NCBI GenBank assembly: GCA_963422735.1
Contig: OY730476.1
Span: 4,032,001 to 4,096,000, forward strand
Direction: 5' to 3'
DNA from: Candidatus Latescibacterota bacterium
Lineage (GTDB): Bacteria > Latescibacterota > UBA2968 > UBA8231
DNA length: 64,000 nucleotides
Shown here: piece by piece, positions 7,409 to 17,420 of the stretch
How positions within the stretch are numbered: the stretch's first letter is position 1
Layout: the number at the start of each line of letters is the position of its first letter
Position numbers and translations under genes: made by a program
The notes under the pieces: generated by a model
Seen by the model: only the letters and a program-made list of their open reading frames with translations
The model's database searches: none
Told to the model about the DNA's origin: nothing

Positions 7409-9892
7409 TTATATGTGCAGCCAATAGTTAAACTTCACCAAGAAGATATTGGTCCCCTCGTCCACAAAACTGCGCCGTAGGTTGTATCCGGGGCGAAACG
7501 CGCCTAGGTCGGAGTCGTCTTGGCGGAACTGCGACCAGACGACGAAAAGGGTGCTGCCCGGCTTGTACTCCCAGCGGAGGACCGCGTTGCTTTGCAGCGA
7601 GCGGTTGCGGAAATCAGGGCTTTCCTCCGGGCCGGGATGCGCGATAAAAGAGTAGGAGCGCGGCCGCGCCAACTCCTTGAAGTTGGCGTATTGGCCTGCA
7701 CTAATAAAAGGTTGTACATAGAGCTCAAAACTCAAGTCGCGGCTGAAGATGATGCTGGCCCGCGTCGTCAGATCGAGGGTTTGGCTATCTAGCTCCCCGT
7801 ACACGAATTGATCGTCTTCGCCGTCGGCGTTCGCATCGAGGTTTTCGACCCATTGGGCATCGCTGAAATTCCAGCTATAGCGCGGCCGCAGGCTGACCTC
7901 GAACCGCGAGATCGGCCGGATGCGGATACTGCCGGAGACCTCGCGGTGGGTGCTGCCAGCCGAGTTGTTCTCCCACTCGAACTCGACCCAGCCGCTGACC
8001 ATGAAGCGGTCGTCGCTTTCCAGCTCAATCTCAAAGCCGTCGCTGGCTGGCCTCGCGATTAGGGGGCCACCGCGAGTGTCGAGGTCGTCGAAGGCCCGCC
8101 ATGTATGGTAGTAGTCGAAGTGGATCCACCAGTAGTTTTTGAGCTGGTGGTGGGTATTGAAGTCAAAGCCGTTTTGCAAGTTGGTGCGGTCGAAGTTCCA
8201 CCTGCCCCAGCGGTTGAAGTTGTAGAAATTGCGGCGGAAGATGGCCCAGTCCTCTTCCTTGCGCAGCTGGATCCACAGCCAGGGGTTGTAGAAGTCGCTG
8301 CGCCATTGGAAGCCAAGGTCGTCGATCTCGAAATGCCGCGAATAGGCCTCCCACCAAAGCTCCCCGCGCAACCAGCCGCTTTCTTTGCTCAAGACCGCCA
8401 TATTACCCAAACCGCCGCGGTGCTGATCATCTACCGTGGCGCGGCTGCCGGCGAACTGGCCCCAAAAGGTGTAGCCGTTGTCGCGCCATTTGAGGGTCCA
8501 ATCTACGCCGCCAGTATAGGCGTCTCGCGCGCGGTCGCGCTGCACGGCCGTGCCCAAGAGGCCGACGTGCGAGTTACCGGCAAAGAGATCCTGCTTGACG
8601 CGACCGACGAGGAAGCGGGTGCGCGGCTCGACGAGAAAGTCGCGGCGGTCTTGGTACTCCGCGCCGGATACCTCGCGCACCAGGGTCGTTGCACCGCCTG
8701 AAGGCGGCGAGGGAATCGTTGCAATGCGTGCGTATTCTTTGGCGGTAAGTGCCGTCAACAGGCCAAAAGTGGTCTTGGATGCGGTCTTGCCCGTCAGCTT
8801 GGCCGCGCCCAGAATGGTGGTGGACTCGCTCTCATTGAGGGCATCGTGGCCGTCGGGCAGTGAGTGATAGCCGGGCTGGCGGCCGATGCGCCGCGAGTAG
8901 AACAGGTCAATTGGGGTGTCGAAAGCCTCGCCGTCCTTCACGAAGAAGGGGCGACGCTCTTCTTGGAACGTCTCAAAGACCGAGAGGTTGAGTTCGGCCG
9001 GGTCGGCCTCCACTTGGCCAAAATCCGGGTTGATCGTGGCGTTGAGCGAGATGCTCGACGACAGCCCGTAGCGCAAGTCCGCGCCGGCATTGCCGAATAA
9101 TTCCCGCGCGTCCGCAAAGGTGGAGCGGCCCACCGAGTATGGCAAAAGCTCCAGCGTGCGCGTGGATCTGATGTCTGCTAAGCCCTCTAAGTGGGCAAAG
9201 CGAGAGACCGAGCCGCTTTCCTTGCGCGGGATCATGACCCAGAAAGCCTGCTCCTTCTTGCGGCTGATATAGCGGGCGATATTGATGCCCCAGTCTCCGC
9301 CGCTGCTAAAGCGGAGGTTGTGGAACGGGATCGCAAACTCCACGCTCCATCCCTCGTCGCCGATGGTATGCGCGGATTCCCACACGCCGTTCCAAGTGTC
9401 GTTGTCCCAACCGTAATCCTTGATTACAGCGTCGTAGATCGACCCGCCGGCATACACTGCAAAGGCGTAGCCGGTCTGATGGTCGTGATGCGTGTCTAAG
9501 CTGACTTGGATCCAATCGGCTTCGGTCCACTGGTCGCGGCGCACCAAGCGCGAGACGATCTGCTTGGGTGCCGGATCGCAGGCCATGACCCCTACGTAGA
9601 GCGCCTCGTCGTCGTACGCCAACTGTACGGTGGTCTTTTCGCTTGCGGGCTGTCCCTCATCGGGCTCGCGCTGGACGAAACCCGTAAAGATCGGAGCCTG
9701 CTGCCACACCGGGTCGTCGAGTATGCCGTCAATCTGCGGGGGGGCACCTTCTAGGCGCACAGCATTGAGTGCGCGGTCGGGCGCTTGATGGGCGTACAAA
9801 ACGCGGGGGCCGAGGACCGCACAGGCCACCGATCCCAAGCAGTACAGATAGTTGATCAGCCGAGAGCATACGTCTGTCTTGCGGTTTTGCAT
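7409..9892 (-). CDS. CBM9-like + DUF5916 outer-membrane beta-barrel protein
   Basis: PQIDGILDDPVW, GWSVEFAIPF (CBM9-like); NPDFGQVEAD, ERRPFF, FYSRRIG; C-terminal VKFNYW. Confidence 0.85.
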   Translation of the reverse strand: MQNRKTDVCSRLINYLYCLGSVACAVLGPRVLYAHQAPDRALNAVRLEGAPPQIDGILDDPVWQQAPIFTGFVQREPDEGQPASEKTTVQLAYDDEALYVGVMACDPAPKQIVSRLVRRDQWTEADWIQVSLDTHHDHQTGYAFAVYAGGSIYDAVIKDYGWDNDTWNGVWESAHTIGDEGWSVEFAIPFHNLRFSSGGDWGINIARYISRKKEQAFWVMIPRKESGSVSRFAHLEGLADIRSTRTLELLPYSVGRSTFADARELFGNAGADLRYGLSSSISLNATINPDFGQVEADPAELNLSVFETFQEERRPFFVKDGEAFDTPIDLFYSRRIGRQPGYHSLPDGHDALNESESTTILGAAKLTGKTASKTTFGLLTALTAKEYARIATIPSPPSGGATTLVREVSGAEYQDRRDFLVEPRTRFLVGRVKQDLFAGNSHVGLLGTAVQRDRARDAYTGGVDWTLKWRDNGYTFWGQFAGSRATVDDQHRGGLGNMAVLSKESGWLRGELWWEAYSRHFEIDDLGFQWRSDFYNPWLWIQLRKEEDWAIFRRNFYNFNRWGRWNFDRTNLQNGFDFNTHHQLKNYWWIHFDYYHTWRAFDDLDTRGGPLIARPASDGFEIELESDDRFMVSGWVEFEWENNSAGSTHREVSGSIRIRPISRFEVSLRPRYSWNFSDAQWVENLDANADGEDDQFVYGELDSQTLDLTTRASIIFSRDLSFELYVQPFISAGQYANFKELARPRSYSFIAHPGPEESPDFRNRSLQSNAVLRWEYKPGSTLFVVWSQFRQDDSDLGAFRPGYNLRRSFVDEGTNIFLVKFNYWLHI

Positions 9893-9997
9893 GTTCTTGT
9901 CTGTGCCATAAGGTCGAGAGGATTGATGTTCCTCGGGCAGCGGTCGCTGCCGCTGCCCGAGGCCGGTTTCGCAATGCCGCTGCGCGTCAAAGAGCCA

Positions 9998-10330
9998 TTA
10001 GCTGAGGAAGCGCAGGAGCGGTATCATCGCGAATACAAAAAGGCTGATGATCGCGTACATCAGTCCTTGGTTGATGATCTCGCGTCGCATAGTGTGGTTG
10101 CTCCTTGCGATGAGGTCCTTGGTTGGCTTGGTGAATGTCGCGCAGACCCGCTGCCGTCCGCCCGGGGTGGGCGGCAGCGCCCCGCTGTCTAGGCCGCGCC
10201 GCAAAGCGGCGAAGCGCTGTCGCGCGTCGATGACCCGGCCGGCCCTGGTCGCAACGCGCATCTTGGCACCGCCGTGGGCAAAGGCCCAAGGGGCGGTGTT
10301 GCAGTGTCGTGTTTTCTTGTTCGTCCTCAT
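9998..10330 (-). CDS. Small basic protein with single C-terminal TM helix (alternative 30-aa form starting at 10090)
   Basis: GC-rich third codon positions; C-terminal LMYAIISLFVFAMIPLL; internal AAGGAG SD before ATG at 10090. Confidence 0.55.
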   Translation of the reverse strand: MRTNKKTRHCNTAPWAFAHGGAKMRVATRAGRVIDARQRFAALRRGLDSGALPPTPGGRQRVCATFTKPTKDLIARSNHTMRREIINQGLMYAIISLFVFAMIPLLRFLS

Positions 10331-10358
10331 TTTTATGGTTTCGTTTTAGTGTTTTTAT

Positions 10359-10395
10359 CTGAACAAATGTTCAGTAACACATAATACAATGTCAA
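10359..10395 (-). promoter_or_regulatory. TTGACA -35 with perfect CTGAAC-N4-GTTCAG palindrome over the -10 position (LexA/Cheo-box-like operator)
   Basis: ctGAACaaatGTTCag at 10359-10374; TTGACA on minus strand at 10395-10390. Confidence 0.6.
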
Positions 10396-10405
10396 GCGTT
10401 TTCAC

Positions 10406-10452
10406 AAAAAAAGAGGCCATAGCGCGTTGTCTTTTTCGCGCCACGGCCTCTT
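10406..10452 (-). terminator. Rho-independent terminator
   Basis: Minus-strand AAGAGGCCGTGGCGCG / CGCGCTATGGCCTCTT stem with G-U pairs followed by U-run. Confidence 0.8.
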
Positions 10453-10481
10453 GCTACGTTTAGCTCTCGCAATGACGAGCC

Positions 10482-10631
10482 TCAGTCGGGAATAAATCCC
10501 CGTCCTCTCGGCGCGAATTGGGTCTTTTCGAGTTGCACATCGGCAGCTAGATAGGCGCACCTACCATATAGATTTGCCCCGGCTGCTATGCGCGGCGTCC
10601 CGCGCATGTCGAAGCGATGTACACCTATCAT
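10482..10631 (-). CDS. Putative 49-aa small protein (MIGVHRFDMRG...RGFIPD)
   Basis: AGGAG SD 7 nt upstream of ATG, strong terminator downstream, TTGACA at 10726-10721. Confidence 0.4.
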   Translation of the reverse strand: MIGVHRFDMRGTPRIAAGANLYGRCAYLAADVQLEKTQFAPRGRGFIPD

Positions 10632-10899
10632 TTTCGTTCTCCTGTGGGCGCTTCTAAAAGCGTCGTGGAGTCTATCATTTGCCCTGCCTGTGAATCTAGT
10701 TACGAGGCGGCGTAAAACAGTGTCAAGGGGATGCGAAATTTTTTTGCAAAATACGACTAGTGCCGAAAGTGCGGCGTGGTGTCGCCCAGTGGCTGCGGAT
10801 CGGAAGAGACGGCGCGCGGCGTGATCGAGCGGATCTGTGCGAGTCGGTTGGGGGCGGCGCAATGAGAAGCGTAAAGTGTGTCGGCATCGCCTGCATCGC

Positions 10900-12258
10900 T
10901 AGCCCTTGTGTTGGTCGCCACCCTGATCCGATGAGCGGCTGTAGCTATTCCAAGTTAGCCCCCTTAGCACGGTTCTTGCCAAGGGGGCTTTCGCCATTTA
11001 AGTCTGAGCAGAATTACCCTCCTTCCTCGACTTTTATTGAATAGGATGCCCACCTGATTGCCGGCCCCTAAAACTCAATGTCACTTCCGTCCGCGTCCAA
11101 GATGCGATCGATGACAAACTCAATCTTCTCGTCTCCCTCATCTTGGTCGTCAGCAAGCATCCTTTATAGGGATTTTCACCCAACCCCGTGTTGTATAAGC
11201 AGGAAGGGCTAATGGCTTGAGCTCGACTGTATAATCGGCCCCTTCTTATGCATCGAGGATGGGGCCATTCCCAAACCCCACCCTAATCGCGAAATGTATC
11301 ATCACATTCTTCTCAAATGAGGAGATTTGCCTGTGGCAGTCAAGACGGACGTTCAGGGTAAGTTCGGTCTCTCAGGGGAGGTTACACTCTCATGGTCGTT
11401 AGTGAACGAGAAACGAGTCAGGTAGCCCGACCGCTCGTGGTAACAATCCGGGAGTGCGCTGTGTCCTGGCGGGTGGTGCGCCAAGGCGGGCTTGACCAGC
11501 AGAGAAAGCACCGGATCGAGTCCCGCAAAGAAGGTGGGGCGTACCTTGGGGAAAGGCGGTGCCATCGCCGTAGTTGGCCGGTTTCCCTCTTTGTCGAAAA
11601 ACTCATCGTCGTAGTGGATACAAAAGAAGGGATCGGCTCTTTGGAAGCCGTCCATGCTGAAAGTCTCCTGGATCGGCTTCCCCTCCGGGTCGAACCCCTC
11701 CCAATACTCGGTGTCTTTCTCGTCGAGGACGGGGGTGTGAAAGACGGGAATAGGGGTCGTGCCTTGATAGGTGCCCGCTGGATCTATCAGGGAAACCTCC
11801 AAGCCAAACAGTGCCTCGGAAGCCTACGGAAGGCTTTCCCATCGTCGTAGATGGAAACCGCATTTTTTAGCTTCCCGGCCAGATCGGCGTTGCCCATGTC
11901 TCTGGCGAATCCATCGGCCATCAGCGCCAAGATTTTGGTCTGGCCATTTAGGACCTTGACCAAATTGACTTCGTTGGCTTTACCAAAAGCGGTCCGCACA
12001 CCCGGATCATTCAGCGCAATCGCCAAGCGACGAGCGTACATCTGCAGGTAGGCGCGGTAGGTTTCCGCATCTCCTACGCCAGCGACATAGCCTGCTTCGC
12101 CCTTGCCTGCGAAGGGGTTACTTACGATACGATACGATTTTGGGGGAGACCGGGTTGGCCCCAAGGAAGGAGCCGTCGTGGGAACAACTGCACTCGACGA
12201 GCAGTGCTGAGCCGAACAGCCCAGCAGCAATGAGGAACAGCGTCAAACATTTCATCAT
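10900..12258 (-). pseudogene. Degraded secreted/lipoprotein gene broken across several frames
   Basis: AAAGGAG SD + MMKCLTLFLIAAGLFG signal peptide; continues in ORFs 11787-12230 and 11353-11802 and further fragments; 3' end approximate. Confidence 0.5.
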
Positions 12259-12489
12259 GCTACTCTCCTTTGGGGTTATGTCGGACTGGAGGCCCGACGT
12301 GAATAATACCTTACAGGAGAAACAGCGGTGATTTTTACGCCTTGACTCGTGCTGCCACCTTTTTGATACAGACCAAAATACGGTTTGTCAACTGAACTTT
12401 TATTTTATATCAAGATTGCTCAGAGGAGGCACTCGGCTCTCCTTCTTGGCCGCGAAATGTGATTAAATCAGGTATTAGAAGGTCGCAGG

Positions 12490-13392
12490 CTAAGGGCCGA
12501 TCCAATAGAGCAGAATCGACAGCCCGAGCGGGCTCCACAAGGTCGAGCCAATGAGAATGCCGCCGAGCAGATCGGGGCGCGCGTCAAAGCGCACGGTGAG
12601 GATGAGGGCGTTGATGGCCGTAGGCAGGCAGGAGCACAGCAGCAGCACGTCGCGCACTGCGCCCTGTGCGCCGATGAGCATCGTCAGGCCGATGCCAATC
12701 ACCGGCCCCAACAGGACCTTGGCACCAATGCCGCCGTACAGGGCAGCCGAGTTGCGGCCGCGGATGGGGATGCGCGAGACTTGGACCCCGAGGAGGATGA
12801 TGGCGAGGATCGGGCCAGCTCTGCCGATTAGATCGGCCGCGTCGAGGACAGAGGCCGGGATCGGTACGGCGAAGGCATTGACGGCCACAGCCAAGGCCGC
12901 GGTGTAAATCAGCGGCAGTCTGAAAATGCTCTTGAACGCTTGCAGCGGGCTTTGCCGCCCTCCAGCGGCGATGTAGATGCCGAGCGACGCAGCTAGCACA
13001 TTGCCGTACACAAAAAGCAGCATGACGATCGCTAGCGCCTCGTCGCCAAAGGCGAACAGCACTACCGGGACGCCATAAGAGGCGATGTTGATTGTGGGGA
13101 GGGAGAGAGTGACCGCGCTGCGGGTGGGTTTGTCCCAGCCGACGAGACGTGCGACGATCGCGATGACGGGCATGCTGACCAAGTACATCCCGACCTGCCA
13201 AGCGAAGGCTTGGGCGGCCGCCGCGCCATTGACTGGGTGGCGCACCAACGCCGAGAACAGCAAGAAGGGAAGGCAGATGTATAGGGCCACATCGACCAAG
13301 GGGGCGGGGTCAATGGAGCGTCGCTGCCCCAACAGATAGCCGCAGCCGATGAGGACGAAGAGCGGGGCAATGACGTCGAGCAGAAAAGCCAT
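12490..13392 (-). CDS. AEC (auxin efflux carrier) family transporter
   Basis: About 10 TM helices; IAPLFVLIGCGY, NIASYGVP, PLIY, LPTAIN motifs. Confidence 0.85.
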   Translation of the reverse strand: MAFLLDVIAPLFVLIGCGYLLGQRRSIDPAPLVDVALYICLPFLLFSALVRHPVNGAAAAQAFAWQVGMYLVSMPVIAIVARLVGWDKPTRSAVTLSLPTINIASYGVPVVLFAFGDEALAIVMLLFVYGNVLAASLGIYIAAGGRQSPLQAFKSIFRLPLIYTAALAVAVNAFAVPIPASVLDAADLIGRAGPILAIILLGVQVSRIPIRGRNSAALYGGIGAKVLLGPVIGIGLTMLIGAQGAVRDVLLLCSCLPTAINALILTVRFDARPDLLGGILIGSTLWSPLGLSILLYWIGP

Positions 13393-13428
13393 TACCGCAA
13401 GAGGCGGAAGGCGCACCCGGGGCCGATG

Positions 13429-14502
13429 TTACACCTGCTCTTCCCGGCCCGAAGTAGCCGAGCGGTACGCTGCGTCGAGCATTTCCACCCCGCGCATGGC
13501 CGTTTCGCCCGGGGTCCAGTTGACGTCGGTTTTGCCCAAGATTAGGTCGGCGAAGTTGTTGGGCGGGCCGTCGCACTCGTAGGCCCCCGCCTCCTCGGCG
13601 ACCTCCTCGACGATGTGTTGGCCGTCGTGGCGACGCAGGTGCATGCGGGCGCGCTCGCAATCGACGAGCAGCATGCCCTCCGAGCCGAAGAGGCGCAGAT
13701 CGACCTGAAAGGTCTGGTCTGTGGGCACGGTGCCGGCACCGCTGACTGTGCCGACGGCCCCCGAAGTAAAGCGCACGGTGAGCGCGTCGTACAGGTCAAC
13801 CTCAGCCCCGGGTGCGCTCATGGCGGCAAAGACGCGCTCGGCGCGCAGCCCGGACAGCCAAAACAGCAGCCCCGAGGAGTGCGATATTTGCGCGTGGGCA
13901 TAGCCGCCATCGGCAATGGCGGGGTCGGCCCACGTAGAGGGCGTGGGGCCGAAGAGGCTGGCACTGTCCTGCCCGGAAATGTCGGAGACATCCACCTTAT
14001 CCCCCGAAAGCAGGGCGCGAATCGGCGAGGCCATGTGGCAGAGCGCGAATTCGATCTCGCCGATAGCTTGGTCGTTCATCAGCGCCTTAGCCCGCTGGAT
14101 AAAAGGCTTGTGGTGCCAGCCGTAGGGCACGAGCAGATGGCGGTCTCGTTCGGCGGCGAGGCGCACTAATTCGCGCGCGTGGGCAGCGCGGGTGGTCAGA
14201 GGTTTTTCACACATCACGTGCAGGCCCGCCTCCAAGGCGGCGCGGGCGTGTTCGTAGTGCAGGGTGTGCGGCGAGGCTACTACTACTCCGTCGAGTTCGC
14301 AGTGGGCCAATAACTCTCGGTAGTCTTGGGTGGCAAACGCGAATCCGAAGTGGTCCCGCACCTGCGCTAGCTCGGCTTGGCCCAAGCGGCAGACAGCCGT
14401 CAGTTCGATGTCGTCGCGGGCGGCAAAAACGGGCATGTGGTTGCTGGTGGCCCACCAGCCAGCGCCGATAAATCCAAGGCGCACTCTGTCTTGGGTGTTC
14501 AT
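13429..14502 (-). CDS. Gfo/Idh/MocA family oxidoreductase
   Basis: GFIGAGWWA, HVMCEKP. Confidence 0.9.
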   Translation of the reverse strand: MNTQDRVRLGFIGAGWWATSNHMPVFAARDDIELTAVCRLGQAELAQVRDHFGFAFATQDYRELLAHCELDGVVVASPHTLHYEHARAALEAGLHVMCEKPLTTRAAHARELVRLAAERDRHLLVPYGWHHKPFIQRAKALMNDQAIGEIEFALCHMASPIRALLSGDKVDVSDISGQDSASLFGPTPSTWADPAIADGGYAHAQISHSSGLLFWLSGLRAERVFAAMSAPGAEVDLYDALTVRFTSGAVGTVSGAGTVPTDQTFQVDLRLFGSEGMLLVDCERARMHLRRHDGQHIVEEVAEEAGAYECDGPPNNFADLILGKTDVNWTPGETAMRGVEMLDAAYRSATSGREEQV

Positions 14503-14733
14503 TGGCGATTGCTCCTTGATTGGAGCGGCTAATGTAGGAGCACGCGAGCGGCGCAGCAAGTGCGGTGTCATTATAAATTAATTTGCCCACCGGCTTATTT
14601 TTTTTATTTAATTAGCTGATTTACGCACGAGTCCCTTATCGACTATTGACGCCTGACAATTCGCAAGCCTGCCTTAGCTATCGCTTTAAGTTTCATATCC
14701 CTATTATATCTCTCATCGACAAGGAAGGAAGAA

Positions 14734-15489
14734 ATGGCTGCCCCCATAGCACTTCAACTCTACACGGTCCGCGACGCCCTCGCGCACAACTTCAAGTCCG
14801 TGGTCACCCGGATTGCCGAGATAGGGTACGTGGGAGTCGAGACGGCCGGATTTCCCGGCATCGCAGTAGATGAAGCCAGCGATCTGTTCGCCGATCTAGG
14901 ATTAAATGTATGCAGCGTGCATACTCAATTGCCTTTGGGCAAACAAAAAAACCAAGTCATCGAACTGGCCCTCGAGCTAGAAGCTACCCGCGTGGTGTCC
15001 TCCACGCCGCGCGATGCCTTCGCAAGCGCAGACGCGCTCGATGCGCTTTGCGCTCGCTGGAACCAAGCCGCCGAGATCGCCGCCGAGAATGGGTTGGAGC
15101 TGGGCCTGCATAACCACTGGTGGGAGTTCCAAGAAGTAGAAGGGCGTCCGGGTTTTGAGCACCTAGTCGACGCGCTCGACGAGTCCATCTTCTTTCAGGT
15201 CGATACCTATTGGGTCAACACCGGCGGCGGCGACTCGGTGCAGGTCGTCGAAGAGTTGGGCGAGCGTGCGCCGCTTTTGCACATCAAGGACGGCCCGTGC
15301 GACCCCGCGCAGGACATGCTCGCCGTCGGCGAGGGGGCCATGGATTTCCCGCCCATTATCGAGGCCAGCCACGGCACTTGCGACTGGCTGATCGTCGAGT
15401 TGGACCGCTGCGCGACCGATATGGTGGAAGCCGTAGAAAAAAGCTATCAATACCTCGTTGGCAACGAGCTGGCGCGCGGTGCCAGATAA
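14734..15489 (+). CDS. Sugar phosphate isomerase/epimerase (xylose isomerase-like TIM barrel)
   Basis: LQLYTVRD, HNHWWEF, DTYW, LHIKD, IVELD. Confidence 0.9.
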   Translation: MAAPIALQLYTVRDALAHNFKSVVTRIAEIGYVGVETAGFPGIAVDEASDLFADLGLNVCSVHTQLPLGKQKNQVIELALELEATRVVSSTPRDAFASADALDALCARWNQAAEIAAENGLELGLHNHWWEFQEVEGRPGFEHLVDALDESIFFQVDTYWVNTGGGDSVQVVEELGERAPLLHIKDGPCDPAQDMLAVGEGAMDFPPIIEASHGTCDWLIVELDRCATDMVEAVEKSYQYLVGNELARGAR

Positions 15490-15504
15490 CGCAAAAGGAG
15501 CGTC

Positions 15505-16155
15505 ATGGCAAAGAAAGCAATCATGGTTTGGGGCGGCTGGGACGGGCATGAGCCCAAGCAGTGCGTCGATATTTTCGCGCCCATCCTAGAGGAAGAAGGG
15601 TTCGCAGTAACCATTTCGGACACCCTCGACACGTACAAAGACCGCGACCTAATGGCCGAGCAGGATCTCGTGGTGCCGGCGTGGACGATGGGCCAGATCG
15701 AAGGAGAACAGGAACAAGGGCTGCTCGCAGCCGTTGATCGCGGTGCTGGTGTGGCGGGCTGGCACGGCTGCATGGCCGATTCGTTCCGCAACAATACTAC
15801 CTATCAGTTCATGGTCGGCGGCCAGTTTGTGGCCCACCCAGACGGCATCATCGACTACGCGGTCAACATCGCGGCCCCAGACGATCCAATCGTCGCCGGG
15901 CTAGACGACTTTCAAATGCACTCCGAGCAATACTACATGCACACCGACCCAGGCAATCAAGTGCTGGCCACGACGACCCTAGAGGGCCGTCAAAGTGCGC
16001 CTTGGGTCAACGGGACGGTCATGCCAGTGGTGTGGAAGCGCGCGTGGGGAGCGGGTCGGGTGTTCTACTCGTCGCTGGGCCACGTAGCGCGAGATTTCGA
16101 CGTGCCCGAAGCGCGCGAAATCCAGCGGCGCGGCATGCTCTGGGCCAGCCGCTGA
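15505..16155 (+). CDS. ThuA-like domain protein
   Basis: [24 protein letters not shown]. Confidence 0.9.
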   Translation: MAKKAIMVWGGWDGHEPKQCVDIFAPILEEEGFAVTISDTLDTYKDRDLMAEQDLVVPAWTMGQIEGEQEQGLLAAVDRGAGVAGWHGCMADSFRNNTTYQFMVGGQFVAHPDGIIDYAVNIAAPDDPIVAGLDDFQMHSEQYYMHTDPGNQVLATTTLEGRQSAPWVNGTVMPVVWKRAWGAGRVFYSSLGHVARDFDVPEAREIQRRGMLWASR

Positions 16156-16307
16156 GGAGATCGCGCTATGAAGCTCCGCAAAAATGGCCTTTGCCTTCCC
16201 TCGCTGCCGTGCGGGCCGGCGTGCCTCTTTTGGAGCCTTGGGGTAGCGGTGGGTCTCCTCTTAGCCGTCCTGACGTGGTGGCTTATAAACCGGCTGTCTG
16301 AGGAGTA

Positions 16308-17030
16308 ATGGGCCGCAAGAAAGTGCTGATTACGGGGGCGGCGGGCCGCATCGGCGAGGTCTTGCGCCACGGGCTAAGGGAGTGCTACGACCTGCGGGTG
16401 CTGTACCACCGCACGGTGCGGCCCGCCGCCGCGGGCGAGGAGGTCGCCTTGGGCAGCGTCGCCGATCTGGCCACTATGGCCACAGCTATCGCCGGTGTCG
16501 ATGCTGTAGTCCACCTCGCCGGTGATCCAGAGGTTGGGGCCACTTGGGAGTCGGTACTCGAAAAGAACATCCAAGGCGTGTACTGCGCGTACGAGGCCTG
16601 CAAAAACGCGAGCGTCAAGCGGGTCGTCTTCGCCAGCACCAATCACGTGACCGGCTTTTACGAGCAAGACGGGATGTACACCACGCCAGAGATGCCCGTG
16701 CGGCCCGACAGCCTGTACGGAGCGAGTAAGGCATTTGGAGAAAGTCTGGGACGCTATTATGTGGATCGCTACGGATTGGAAGTCGTATGCCTGCGCATCG
16801 GCTCGTTCCAGCCGGATTCGGCAGTCGTCGAGCGCCAAAGTGACCGGATTCTTTCCACCTGGCTGAGCCACCGCGACTGCGTACATCTCGTGCAGCGCTC
16901 TATTGAGGCCGACGTGCGCTATGGAATCTACTACGGAATCTCGGGCAATACCCGCGCTTACTGGGACATTCAAAACGCCCGCCAAGAACTAGGCTACACC
17001 CCCCAAGACAACGCCGAGCACTTGGTTTGA
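16308..17030 (+). CDS. NAD-dependent epimerase/dehydratase, uronate dehydrogenase-like
   Basis: TGAAGRIG, FASTNH, PDSLYGASK, LRIGS, WLSHRD. Confidence 0.85.
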   Translation: MGRKKVLITGAAGRIGEVLRHGLRECYDLRVLYHRTVRPAAAGEEVALGSVADLATMATAIAGVDAVVHLAGDPEVGATWESVLEKNIQGVYCAYEACKNASVKRVVFASTNHVTGFYEQDGMYTTPEMPVRPDSLYGASKAFGESLGRYYVDRYGLEVVCLRIGSFQPDSAVVERQSDRILSTWLSHRDCVHLVQRSIEADVRYGIYYGISGNTRAYWDIQNARQELGYTPQDNAEHLV

Positions 17031-17086
17031 GTGGATAGTGATGAGTGAATGGCATCTAACCACTATCCACTCGTCACTCATCACTC
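17029..17086. repeat. Degenerate 7-bp periodic inverted repeat (hairpin) between convergent genes
   Basis: GAGTGGA TAGTGAT GAGTGAA ... CTAACCA CTATCCA CTCGTCA CTCATCA CTC. Confidence 0.65.
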
Positions 17087-17241
17087 TTCTTCCTCAACCC
17101 CCGCCCAAAAGTCCCCATCAGCCGCAAACATATACGGACTACGTCCCGCAGGATATACAGCCCCAAGCAGACGCCAAAAAAGGCGGCGACTCGGGGGTCG
17201 TAGGCCAGTTCGATGATGCGGTCGAGTAGGGCGGAAATCAC
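17074..17241 (-). CDS. Small 55-aa membrane protein (absent from ORF track)
   Basis: GTG start overlapping upstream stop; VISALLDRIIELAYDPRVAAFFGVCLGLYILRDVVRICLRLMGTFGRGLRKKSDE*. Confidence 0.55.
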   Translation of the reverse strand: MISALLDRIIELAYDPRVAAFFGVCLGLYILRDVVRICLRLMGTFGRGLRKKSDE

Positions 17242-17420
17242 ATTGTATCCGCCTGCTCATAGCAGGGACAGGCGTGCACCGGTAGGCGGGGATACTTGTC
17301 CAAGCGCGGATCGGTGGCAGCGCGGCGACACAGGTAGAAGACCGAGCCGCTCCCGGACTCTACGGGACGCACGTGGCGGCACTGGGCGCACAGGCCGATC
17401 TCAAGCGGCGATTTTACCAA
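17238..17420 (-). CDS. Small Cys-rich putative metal-binding protein
   Basis: GLCAQCRH...FYLCRR..DPRLDKYPRLPVHAC; start overlaps the purM 3' end. Confidence 0.7.
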   Translation of the reverse strand: MVKSPLEIGLCAQCRHVRPVESGSGSVFYLCRRAATDPRLDKYPRLPVHACPCYEQADTM

